Below the pieces are notes generated by a model. It saw only the letters and a list, made by a program, of their open reading frames with translations. It was not told the origin of the DNA and searched no databases. From the IMG/VR virus record IMGVR_UViG_3300020050_007362, positions 11,369 through 75,368 of that record: DNA of 64,000 nt; one strand, given 5' to 3'. A program made the position numbers and the translations under genes. Every line of letters starts with the position of its first letter. The stretch's first letter is position 1. The stretch comes from a virus. Taxonomy: Duplodnaviria > Caudoviricetes. This document shows positions 46,749-55,060 of this stretch, piece by piece.

Positions 46749-47028
46749 CTTGGGAATGGTAACTTGTTTTTAAAAAATCAAAAATGGCGTGGCGTAGCCA
46801 CTCCTTACAGCTCTTGACCTTATCAAAATAAAACCGAGCGAAGCGAGAACCTACAGGAGCGCAGCGATCTAGCATTTTTTGCACCCCTACAGAGCAACGA
46901 CAACAAGCCGCCGAAGCCCTGCAAATAGGCGTTAAATAAACATTTATATTATTAACACCCTTATTTTATACCAGTTTGGACGATATAACGCCCAGAAAAC
47001 GTTAAAAAACTAGGTAAACAAAGCAACG

Positions 47029-47331
47029 TTAAACAACCCCTGCATAGTATCCACGCCGCCGGTGGTTTCTTATGTTATTAAATGGCACCGCGACCAGAGC
47101 GCCGCCGGTATACGCCATCATGAAAACCGAAAGCGCCGCCGGTGAAGCGACGAAAGACCAAGCCGCCGACCAAACACCCGCCGCCGTTTTTGTCTCAATC
47201 CTGCACGCCGCAAAACCGGCGTTATCTATTCGACGAGCCACGCGCAACAAATCCGCCTCAGTGGAAGCCGTCACAATGTATGTTTTTTGCCTCCAAAAAT
47301 GCTCACTACGCCACGAAATAGAATTAGCCAT
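47029..47331 (-). CDS. possible hypothetical protein
   Basis: 100-aa ORF with protein-like composition but no clear SD. Confidence 0.3.
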   Translation of the reverse strand: MANSISWRSEHFWRQKTYIVTASTEADLLRVARRIDNAGFAACRIETKTAAGVWSAAWSFVASPAALSVFMMAYTGGALVAVPFNNIRNHRRRGYYAGVV

Positions 47332-47562
47332 GCAAAGACATTACCATAAAAAAATCAGCTCACCCGCGAGAATTGCCAAAATATCTGCAAGGACACATTA
47401 TAATATAACATATCAGCTTTTAGCCAATAGCCACCAGAGCCCACCAAACCGGAACAGGTATAAATTAAGCAAAGCCCTATAAACAAAAGACTTAAGCAAC
47501 CCGCCCACCGTAACAAATAACTAAAAAATAGATACTATTTAAAAAGAAAATCTAATTTTTAG

Positions 47563-47597
47563 ATGTTATAATATAACATTGTTGTTATATTATAACA
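47563..47597. promoter_or_regulatory. two tandem palindromes TGTTATAWTATAACA overlapping an extended -10
   Basis: 47564-47578 and 47583-47597; TG-T-TATAAT at 47564-47572; partial third copy near 47398-47415. Confidence 0.65.
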
Positions 47598-47696
47598 TAT
47601 CAAAAAACCACCAGCGACCAGACCAAACCCAAACCGCCGAACATCTAAAAGATACAAGCCCACCGCCGCCGCTGTCAAATGCTACAGAAGCCAAAC

Positions 47697-47802
47697 CGAT
47701 CCCGAAGCGATCCCGAAGCGATCCCGAAACAATCCCGAAGCGATCCCGAAGCGATCCCGAAGCGATCCCGAAACAATCCCGAAGCGATCCCGAAGCGATC
47801 CC
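47697..47802. repeat. tandem array of 11-bp units CGATCCCGAAG (9 full plus a partial) with a 44-bp higher-order period
   Basis: The variant pair CGATCCCGAAA/CAATCCCGAAG recurs at 47719 and 47763. Confidence 0.95.
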
Positions 47803-48139
47803 ACCGCCCCTGATCCCTTAGCATTAACCATGCCAAAAAACAGCTCAAAAACACCCTAAAAACACCCTAAAAACACCGCAACGAGTGCCGGCCAAAACGT
47901 AAAAAACTAATTTATTTTGATTTGGTAAGAGCGCCGAGAAGCGCCGAGTTATAACCTAACCTATTGATTTATATAGCTTTTCTTACATAAAGGCATAAAT
48001 AACAAATAAACGTTAAAAAAACTATATACACCCTTTATTAATTGACGTTATAATTTAACCAGTATTTTAATTTAATGTTTTAGTTTTACCCCGCCCCGCC
48101 TAACCGGCGACGGCATCACCCAACCGAAGAGGAACGACC

Positions 48140-48943
48140 ATGGCCACAACCGAAACAATGAACCCAAGCAATACAAGCAAGCTTGACGGCTCAGAGCTTG
48201 CCGAATATTTAGCCGCAAGATTCCCAACACCAACACCAGCAACCCAACCAACCACCACCGAAAAGGCCGCAACCATGAACGCACCAGCAACCGTTAAAAC
48301 TTTGACTATTGAACAATTAATAAACAGAGCCGGACACATTCCCGCCGAGCTGATCCGCTCAACCGTAGCCCAGTTTGGCGACTGGCTTTACTTTCAAGAA
48401 AGCGCCGCGAACATCAGCGACCACGGCGCCGCCGGTGGTTTTACTGGCTTTTCTTATTATCATGACACCCTTGCATTTTTTGACGCTAACAGAGCATCAA
48501 TTTTAAAAATGGCCGCAGAAATGGCCACCGATTGCGGGTACAAATCAAGCTTTGAAATGATGGCCGCTTTTAATTGTTTTGCCGGCCTGACTGATCAAGA
48601 AATATTTAACGCCCTGATTGATCCGGAAGCGGAAGAAAGCACCACCGTTAAAAACGGCCTCGCATGGTTTGCACTCGAAGAAGTAGCACGCGCCGTTTAC
48701 GACTACCAAAACGACGACGAAGCAGAGGAAGACGACGCCGGCGAATGGGAACCAGAAGAAGAACAAGAAAGCCCAATCAACCAATTATGTGAAAGCTGGC
48801 TAAACGGTAATATTGCATGGTGTATAGAAGAAGTAAAAACACATGGTTATACTGTTCAAGCTATACGCGAAGTTTTAATGGAAGAAAAAGGCGCCGACTT
48901 TGAAGCCGCCACCAGAGCCGCCGAACGTATGAAAGGCTATTAA
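48140..48943 (+). CDS. early hypothetical protein (HGAAGGFTGFSYYHDT family)
   Basis: 267 aa; AACCGAAGAGG SD; TATAAT at 48049-48054 upstream. Confidence 0.75.
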   Translation: MATTETMNPSNTSKLDGSELAEYLAARFPTPTPATQPTTTEKAATMNAPATVKTLTIEQLINRAGHIPAELIRSTVAQFGDWLYFQESAANISDHGAAGGFTGFSYYHDTLAFFDANRASILKMAAEMATDCGYKSSFEMMAAFNCFAGLTDQEIFNALIDPEAEESTTVKNGLAWFALEEVARAVYDYQNDDEAEEDDAGEWEPEEEQESPINQLCESWLNGNIAWCIEEVKTHGYTVQAIREVLMEEKGADFEAATRAAERMKGY

Positions 48944-49015
48944 ACCAGAACCAGAACCAGCAACCACGGCCAAGGACGGCCACAACCTAAACCAACCAAC
49001 CGCAGAGGCTACACA

Positions 49016-49642
49016 ATGAACAAATTAAACGCCCTATTTATGGAAGCGCAAGAAATAGCACACGAAGCGCAAGCCAGAAAAACCTTAAACGAACGCGCAA
49101 CACCCAGCGCCGCCGACGTATTAAAAAATTCTATTGATGCAATGTTAAAAGACCGCACAGAGCGCGAAAAGTTAGCAATGGAAAAAGCGCAAGCATTCAC
49201 CGCCGCCCAATCATTAGACGATTTGAGATTGCAATTTTTAGCCGAAACCTACAACGACTTAATGTCTTTAACTATGGCCGAACTTTTAGAGATTGAACCA
49301 CCAGCCGCACCACCAGCGCCGCCCGTTATTGAAACATGGAACACAGGCAACCTATACAGCGAACACGGCCAACGCATAGCGGCGACAAGATTAACCGGCG
49401 GAAAATATGCCTTTTTAGATTTAGATAGAGGCCTCAGCGGGATTTTAACAGAAAACAACAAACCGGAAAGCCTAAGCGCCGCGCATTATGTAGGCGAACA
49501 GTACAGAGCCGGAAACTATACAGACGGTTTATTTATTTATAATCGCCCTTACGCCGAGGGGAGAGAACTTGAAGAACTGTTAAAAGCCGCCGCCATGACT
49601 GCAACAAGTTTAAAAACCGAGTTGAGAGGCCGAAAAAAATGA
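49016..49642 (+). CDS. early hypothetical protein (WNTGNLYSEHGQRI family)
   Basis: 208 aa; GAGG SD. Confidence 0.7.
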   Translation: MNKLNALFMEAQEIAHEAQARKTLNERATPSAADVLKNSIDAMLKDRTEREKLAMEKAQAFTAAQSLDDLRLQFLAETYNDLMSLTMAELLEIEPPAAPPAPPVIETWNTGNLYSEHGQRIAATRLTGGKYAFLDLDRGLSGILTENNKPESLSAAHYVGEQYRAGNYTDGLFIYNRPYAEGRELEELLKAAAMTATSLKTELRGRKK

Positions 49643-49809
49643 AAGGAAAAAGCTTTATTTTATCCGGTATCACTGGCTATATTGATCAATATGATTTTAT
49701 AACATGGCATACTATAGGCGCACACCTTAAAAGTTTAGCAGATTGCCCCCTAAAAAGAGCCGCCACGACCGCAAAAGAAAAAAGATACACCGAACACCGC
49801 CCCAAGTAA
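49639..49809 (+). CDS. small hypothetical protein, not in the ORF track
   Basis: 56 aa MKGKSFILSG...; ATGA overlap with the upstream stop. Confidence 0.5.
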   Translation: MKGKSFILSGITGYIDQYDFITWHTIGAHLKSLADCPLKRAATTAKEKRYTEHRPK

Positions 49810-49902
49810 TAAACGCGCCAAGGACGGCGCACAGTTTACCCTTTAGCATTCTATCCAGTGCTAAACGTTAAACTTTAACCAACCAACCGAAAAGGCTACA
49901 AC

Positions 49903-50115
49903 ATGAAAAACGCAATTATTAACATCGCCGCCGCCCTTGCTTTTTTTAGCGCTGGGTATTTTATCGCCGCCAATATGCCAACCCCTAAAGACGTCGTGAA
50001 GCTTGAGCACACTAAGAGCGGCCTTTTTATTTTGGATCAGGGCAGAATTTACACCGTTTCCGAATTGGTCACAACGGCGGATACTTATCAAAAAGTAGAA
50101 CGCTTACACCCATAA
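49903..50115 (+). CDS. small membrane-anchored or exported protein
   Basis: Hydrophobic N-terminus IINIAAALAFFSAGYFIAA. Confidence 0.6.
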   Translation: MKNAIINIAAALAFFSAGYFIAANMPTPKDVVKLEHTKSGLFILDQGRIYTVSELVTTADTYQKVERLHP

Positions 50116-50164
50116 ACGCAACCACCGGCCAAGGACGGCCACAACCTAAACCAGAGGGCAGACC

Positions 50165-50401
50165 ATGACACCAGCAACCGCACCAGCAACCGCAAAGCCT
50201 ACAACCAAAGCGCCACGCATTAATAAATTTTTGTATCTTTACGTTTTACAAGGTTTTTACGGCCAAGGCTGGGAAGACCTAACCGCCAGCGAAAACCGCG
50301 CCGAAGTACGCGACAATTTGAAAGATTACCGCGACAACGAACGCGGAGCCTACAGGATTATAAAAAGAACGGAAGCAAACCCCGAACACATAACCAACTA
50401 A
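50165..50401 (+). CDS. early hypothetical protein
   Basis: YVLQGFYGQGWEDLT motif; GAGGG SD. Confidence 0.7.
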   Translation: MTPATAPATAKPTTKAPRINKFLYLYVLQGFYGQGWEDLTASENRAEVRDNLKDYRDNERGAYRIIKRTEANPEHITN

Positions 50402-50416
50402 ACCAAAGGGCAGACC

Positions 50417-50614
50417 ATGAAAATTAAACTAACCAACCAGCGCACCGGACGCGCTCAAATTTACCACGTAAGTTATTTATTAAAAATATGTTTATTGATG
50501 GCCGGAGGCGGACACGAACCCGCCCAAGTTAGAAGAGCAGAAAACTTTAAAAAAGAAGTATTAAGAGATAATTTTTTAATGGTGCGAAATTGCACAATAG
50601 AAGTATTAATTTAA
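50417..50614 (+). CDS. early hypothetical protein
   Basis: 65 aa; AAGGG SD with the shared CAGACCATG context. Confidence 0.6.
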   Translation: MKIKLTNQRTGRAQIYHVSYLLKICLLMAGGGHEPAQVRRAENFKKEVLRDNFLMVRNCTIEVLI

Positions 50615-50643
50615 ACCAAACCATAAACCGAAGAGGGCAGACC

Positions 50644-51390
50644 ATGAAAGCACAACTAAACACACCAGCAAGCCGCCGCCTGAAAGCCTACAAAGCCAGC
50701 GCCGCAAAGTTAACAGAGAGCTATAAAAAGAACCATAACAGCGATTATGTGACAACTTGGCAAAAACAACGCTATCCAAAACCGGACGTATTAAGCCGGC
50801 CATACTTGACGCGCTCAACCGATAAACAAAAATATTTTATCGATTCCCTAGACAGTTTCCCCTGTAAAAAATGGATTGACGCCGAGAAAACCGGCGCCCG
50901 CAATATATCATCATGGTATGCGGACAATTACCAAAACGAGCTTATTACGCCCGCCGTGGTTTTTATTCGCAACCCCAAAGCATTAAACGACGACGACCGC
51001 GACAACGCCGGCGTACACATTCAATTTATGCCGGCAATCTATTGGAGCGACTGCGACAGCGCGACAGTTTACGCCGATTTATACGATTGTATGAACCAAG
51101 CCGCACACGCCGCCAACCGTTACGCCGAACGCATAGCCGAAGAGGGCAGAGAAGAGGACGCAAAGTATAGAGCAGAGGAAGACATCAGGACGCACCGCGA
51201 AATGATCCACGAACTAAACCGCGAAGCCTTGCCCCTGATAGCAGAGTTAAAAGCACATCCAGAGGGCTACGCGGAACCAATATGCAAAGCGATAAAAAAC
51301 ACCCTCAACGACATAATGTACCAACGTAAAAAAGCTTTTCAAAATATCGAAAAGTTAGAAGATAATTATTGGAACGCTATCAGCTACTAA
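50644..51390 (+). CDS. early hypothetical protein
   Basis: Start revised to 50644 after AACCGAAGAGG. Confidence 0.7.
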   Translation: MKAQLNTPASRRLKAYKASAAKLTESYKKNHNSDYVTTWQKQRYPKPDVLSRPYLTRSTDKQKYFIDSLDSFPCKKWIDAEKTGARNISSWYADNYQNELITPAVVFIRNPKALNDDDRDNAGVHIQFMPAIYWSDCDSATVYADLYDCMNQAAHAANRYAERIAEEGREEDAKYRAEEDIRTHREMIHELNREALPLIAELKAHPEGYAEPICKAIKNTLNDIMYQRKKAFQNIEKLEDNYWNAISY

Positions 51391-51443
51391 AGCCTACAAC
51401 CACGGCCACGGACGGCCACAACTCAAACCGAAGAGGAAAAACC

Positions 51444-51659
51444 ATGTTAAACGGATGCTATTATTTAAACAACACCGGAAGCCGCTGGGTAGTCTATACC
51501 AACGGCAAAAAAGAAAAAGTAACACTAGAAACAAAGAGCGGCGAACTGATCACCAGAACCGCAATATTTTATGAAAGCTTTGGCAATTTTGGCCTAGTCT
51601 GCATCAGCTACAAGGGCAAGAAAATAAAAGTATTCCCTGATTCATTACTTGACGATTAA
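51444..51659 (+). CDS. early hypothetical protein
   Basis: Start revised to 51444 after AACCGAAGAGG. Confidence 0.7.
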   Translation: MLNGCYYLNNTGSRWVVYTNGKKEKVTLETKSGELITRTAIFYESFGNFGLVCISYKGKKIKVFPDSLLDD

Positions 51660-51668
51660 GGCGGAACC

Positions 51669-51965
51669 ATGAACGCACCAGAACCAGCAGAACCAACAAC
51701 CCTTAAAATCTTAAGCATTGACGCATGGGCAGATACAGAGCCAAAAAGCTGGAACTGGAACCAATGGTACAACGCCGGCGAGATATCAGAAGAGGCATTG
51801 ACATGGACACCAAGAAAATTATTAAAATACTTTAGGGGTGCTGGATTGTTAAGCGCCACAAGCGCCGGAAAATGCGCAATAGAAGACGACCAGTATAATA
51901 TTGTGATTGTTGACAAAGCAAACCGCCGCCCCCTGTATGCTATCGAATACGGTAGCCATTACTAA
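51669..51965 (+). CDS. early hypothetical protein (SIDAWAD...WNWNQWY family)
   Basis: 98-aa ORF. Confidence 0.7.
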   Translation: MNAPEPAEPTTLKILSIDAWADTEPKSWNWNQWYNAGEISEEALTWTPRKLLKYFRGAGLLSATSAGKCAIEDDQYNIVIVDKANRRPLYAIEYGSHY

Positions 51966-51985
51966 ACCACAACCAAGAGAAAATT

Positions 51986-52141
51986 ATGTTTACAGATTAT
52001 TATAAAGGCTGTTACATCCACGGATATTTTAACCATCCAGCCGTAAGAGTATCTTTTTGCCATGGTTACGGAACTACACCCTACAAGACCATGAAAGCCG
52101 CTAAACGCGCAATATCGATATTCGTTAAGAACGGCGGATAA
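51986..52141 (+). CDS. small hypothetical protein, not in the ORF track
   Basis: 51 aa MFTDYYKGCYIHGYFNHP...; followed by a hairpin copy. Confidence 0.55.
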   Translation: MFTDYYKGCYIHGYFNHPAVRVSFCHGYGTTPYKTMKAAKRAISIFVKNGG

Positions 52142-52193
52142 ACCCACAATCCTAGCGCCAAGGACGGCCACAACTTAAAACCGGAGTAATACC

Positions 52194-52355
52194 ATGGAAA
52201 AATACCTTATAGCGTTGCCAGTATTTAAAGGCGGGACAGGCTATAACCATCAAACAATATTGGTCAGCGCTACCAATAAAAGCGATGCTATAGCTATAGC
52301 AAGGCATTTAAAACCTGATTGTAATATAGGTGATGTCAAACAAGTAAACTATTAG
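52194..52355 (+). CDS. small hypothetical protein, not in the ORF track
   Basis: 53 aa MEKYLIALPVF...; GGAG SD; followed by a hairpin copy. Confidence 0.6.
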   Translation: MEKYLIALPVFKGGTGYNHQTILVSATNKSDAIAIARHLKPDCNIGDVKQVNY

Positions 52356-52473
52356 AATAAGCCCACAACCCTAGCGCCAAGGACGGCGCAAGCTTATCAG
52401 TTAGCATTTTACCAAGTGCTAACCGCTAAACTTAATTAACCAGAACCCAATCATAAACCGAAGAGGACAGACC

Positions 52474-52692
52474 ATGACAACACCAGAGCGCCCTTATTTT
52501 TGTTACTACGTTAAAAATAACGTTTTGTATTTTAGGCACGAAGACGGACGGAACGGAGGCGAACCCCTGAACCTGAAGCAAGAAACAAAAGAGCAAGCAG
52601 TACAACGCTTGACGGCTCAACTGGGATTAATTAACCCGATCATGGAAGACTTAACAACCACACCAGCAACCACCGAAAAGGATACTATCTAA
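52474..52692 (+). CDS. early hypothetical protein
   Basis: 72 aa; AACCGAAGAGG SD. Confidence 0.65.
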   Translation: MTTPERPYFCYYVKNNVLYFRHEDGRNGGEPLNLKQETKEQAVQRLTAQLGLINPIMEDLTTTPATTEKDTI

Positions 52693-53108
52693 TGGCACAA
52701 GAAAAATTAATTGCAACTATCCCATCATATAACAACCAAAAAGATAACGCTAAAAACCTCGGAGGCAATAAAGAAACGGTAGACCGCTATCTATCTATTG
52801 CTAAACTAAAAACAGCGCCTGACGGCAATTTTATGACCGTTATTGATGCACGTTTTTACATGGGCAGAGCTTCAAGCGCCAGCGTAGTTTATTGCTCAGT
52901 TTGGATTAATTGCTATGGCTACACCACGAGCGGCCACGGCTCAGCAGGTGGTTATGGTTACGACAAAATAAGCGCCGCACTAGGCGACGCATTAGAAAGC
53001 GCCGGCGTAGTATTAAACCGATCAATAAACGGCTCAGGACAGACCAGAGAAGCACTCGAAGCAATCACCGAAGCCCTAGGCTATAAAGATTTTACCGTGA
53101 TCAATTAA
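52692..53108 (+). CDS. early hypothetical protein (GSAGGYGYDK family)
   Basis: 138 aa, coupled to the upstream gene. Confidence 0.7.
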   Translation: MAQEKLIATIPSYNNQKDNAKNLGGNKETVDRYLSIAKLKTAPDGNFMTVIDARFYMGRASSASVVYCSVWINCYGYTTSGHGSAGGYGYDKISAALGDALESAGVVLNRSINGSGQTREALEAITEALGYKDFTVIN

Positions 53109-53321
53109 CCCCACAACCCCAGCGCCAAGGACGGCGCACCCTTTACCGGTAAGTTTACCCTTTAGTATTGTACGCAGTGCTAAACGTTAAACTTCAACCC
53201 AGTAAAAAAACTCAACCCAGTCAAATAAAAGGGTTTGAAAACGTAAAAAATCGTGATAGCATTTGCTACAACATTTTATTAATGCCGACAACTAAAGGCC
53301 GACAACCGAAGAGGAAAACAT

Positions 53322-53693
53322 ATGTGTACCAAAGACAGCTCAATAATTAACAAATTGTTTCAGCTAGAATTTAATACTGAACTTGATTTAGCGGACATTA
53401 CCCATTTCATTAACCAACGAATGAATGTGCTGGATGTATTCCCAGAGTTAACATCAGAAGAAGTTACCTTATTAACTTTAGAAATGGGGATAGAACCCAT
53501 GCAGATGTTTGACGCTCAGGAAATGTTAACTGCAATTCAGGATGACCTTGAACCAATAACTATTTGCCAACAGCTGATCGAAGAAGGCGCTATAGATGCC
53601 CTTGCTTTATTCACCGTAGAAGAAATGCTTTTCAATATCGACGATCAACAATTAATAGATGAAGCCAACGACCGTGGTTTATCACTGGGCTAA
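53322..53693 (+). CDS. acidic hypothetical protein
   Basis: 123 aa, strongly acidic; AACCGAAGAGG SD. Confidence 0.65.
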   Translation: MCTKDSSIINKLFQLEFNTELDLADITHFINQRMNVLDVFPELTSEEVTLLTLEMGIEPMQMFDAQEMLTAIQDDLEPITICQQLIEEGAIDALALFTVEEMLFNIDDQQLIDEANDRGLSLG

Positions 53694-53719
53694 TGCCGAC
53701 AACCGAAGAGGATATTAAG

Positions 53720-54283
53720 ATGAATAAGGTTTGCAATAAATGCAATGAAGAAAAACCTTTAGGTTTATTTGGAAAACATAAAAGGTGTTCCGATGGGCAT
53801 GGAGGAACATGTAAAAAGTGTTTATCAATTTATAACAAAAAGTATTATTTAAACAACGAAGAAAAAATAAAGGAAAGGAGCAACCTTAACTACGCTGAAA
53901 ATATTGAAAGATGCAAAGAAAAAAACCACATGTATTATCAAAAAAACAAGGATAAATGTATAGAAATATCAAAAAAATGGCAGGAGAACAACCCTGAAAA
54001 ATGTAAAGAGTATAGAAAAGCAAAAAATATAAATAGACTTGGAAAATACAAGGATATACAAAAATTGTGGGTTATAAATAATATAGAAGCAGTTAAAGAA
54101 AACAGAAAGACTAGGAAAAAATTTAACTCTGAAAATTTAACGGATAGTTATGTTAGAGGGATGCTGCAAAAAAGAACACAAATGTCAGGCGGAGATTTAC
54201 CACAAGAACTTGTAGAACTTAAGAGAATACAACTATTAATTACACGTGAAATAAGGAATAAAAATGTCATTAACAATTACTGA
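53720..54283 (+). CDS. Zn-finger basic protein (CxxC...CxxC N-terminus as in phage HNH-associated proteins; no HNH core seen)
   Basis: CNKCNEEK...TCKKC; start revised to 53720. Confidence 0.6.
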   Translation: MNKVCNKCNEEKPLGLFGKHKRCSDGHGGTCKKCLSIYNKKYYLNNEEKIKERSNLNYAENIERCKEKNHMYYQKNKDKCIEISKKWQENNPEKCKEYRKAKNINRLGKYKDIQKLWVINNIEAVKENRKTRKKFNSENLTDSYVRGMLQKRTQMSGGDLPQELVELKRIQLLITREIRNKNVINNY

Positions 54284-54455
54284 ATTAAGAGAAGACCTAT
54301 TGAAAGTTTATGCCGATTTAAGAAGTGGTGTAATGGATTCAAGAGATGCTAAACAAATAAATAACACAGCTGGAAAAATCCTTACTTCTGCCAAAGTACA
54401 GATTGAATACGCATCTTTGCGAAATGAAAAGCCTGATATTGATTTTATTAAATAA
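54264..54455 (+). CDS. small helical protein coupled to the Zn-finger gene
   Basis: LREDLLKVYADLRSG...AKQINNTAGKIL. Confidence 0.6.
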   Translation: MSLTITELREDLLKVYADLRSGVMDSRDAKQINNTAGKILTSAKVQIEYASLRNEKPDIDFIK

Positions 54456-54490
54456 AGAAGTTAATGCCGACAACCGAAGAGGATACACAA

Positions 54491-55060
54491 ATGAAAGTAG
54501 GATACGCACGAGTCAGCACCAATGATCAAGATACACAACTGCAATTAGATGCGCTCAGTGCCGCAGGATGTGAAATTATCTATCAAGAAAAGATGTCCGG
54601 CGCCAAAACAGACAGGCCAGAGCTTAAAAACTGCCTAAAATCCCTAAGAAAAGAGGATACACTGGTTGTTTGGAAATTAGATAGGTTAGGACGCAGCCTT
54701 CAACATTTGCTAGTCGTAGTAAAGGATTTAGAGAATGCCGACATCGGCTTTCAATCCTTAACGGAAAGCATCGACACCACATCCAACACCGGTAAATTGA
54801 TCTTCCATATCTTTGCCAGTCTAGCGGAGTTTGAACGCGGCCTGATCACTGAACGAGTAAATGCTGGATTGGCTGCTGCCCGTAAGAAGGGAACAAAGTT
54901 TGGTCGCCCTGAATCATTAAATAAGAAACAAAAAGCCATGGCCTTAGCTATGTATTACGGCGGAACCTCAAAGATTGAAATAGCCAACCACTTTGAAGTC
55001 ACCCGGCAAACAATCTATGCCCTGATTAAAAAGGATATCCCCTTGGATGAGTTGGCTTAA
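54491..55060 (+). CDS. serine recombinase (resolvase/invertase family) with a C-terminal HTH
   Basis: MKVGYARVST, DTLVVWKLDRLGRS, AEFERGLITERVNAGLAAAR..G..FGRP and EIANHFEVTRQTIY; start revised to 54491. Confidence 0.95.
   Translation: MKVGYARVSTNDQDTQLQLDALSAAGCEIIYQEKMSGAKTDRPELKNCLKSLRKEDTLVVWKLDRLGRSLQHLLVVVKDLENADIGFQSLTESIDTTSNTGKLIFHIFASLAEFERGLITERVNAGLAAARKKGTKFGRPESLNKKQKAMALAMYYGGTSKIEIANHFEVTRQTIYALIKKDIPLDELA

Larger units (their letters stand above)
48968..53137 (+). repeat. seven intergenic hairpins (GGCC or GCGCC stem, AAGGAC loop)
   Basis: 48968-48981, 49815-49830, 50127-50140, 51404-51417 (loop ACGGAC), 52155-52169, 52374-52389 and 53122-53137. Confidence 0.9.
49833..53193. 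promoter_or_regulatory. three dyads (T/G)TTAGYA-N10-TGCTAA(A/C) with outer AGYTTA/TAAACT arms
   Basis: 49833-49874, 52391-52432 and 53152-53193. Confidence 0.8.

Noticed and set aside
46486-47802. CRISPR arrays
   Set aside because: The units are 14 and 11 bp, head-to-tail without unique spacers, and no cas genes are present.
49842-49865. CIRCE/HrcA operator
   Set aside because: It shares TTAGCA...TGCTAA, but CIRCE is TTAGCACTC-N9-GAGTGCTAA (27 bp) and these dyads span 22 bp.
53693-54490. MPTTEED N-termini of two ORFs (53693, 54464)
   Set aside because: These are translations of the ATGCCGACAACCGAAGAGG repeat, which contains the SD; the real starts are 27 nt downstream.
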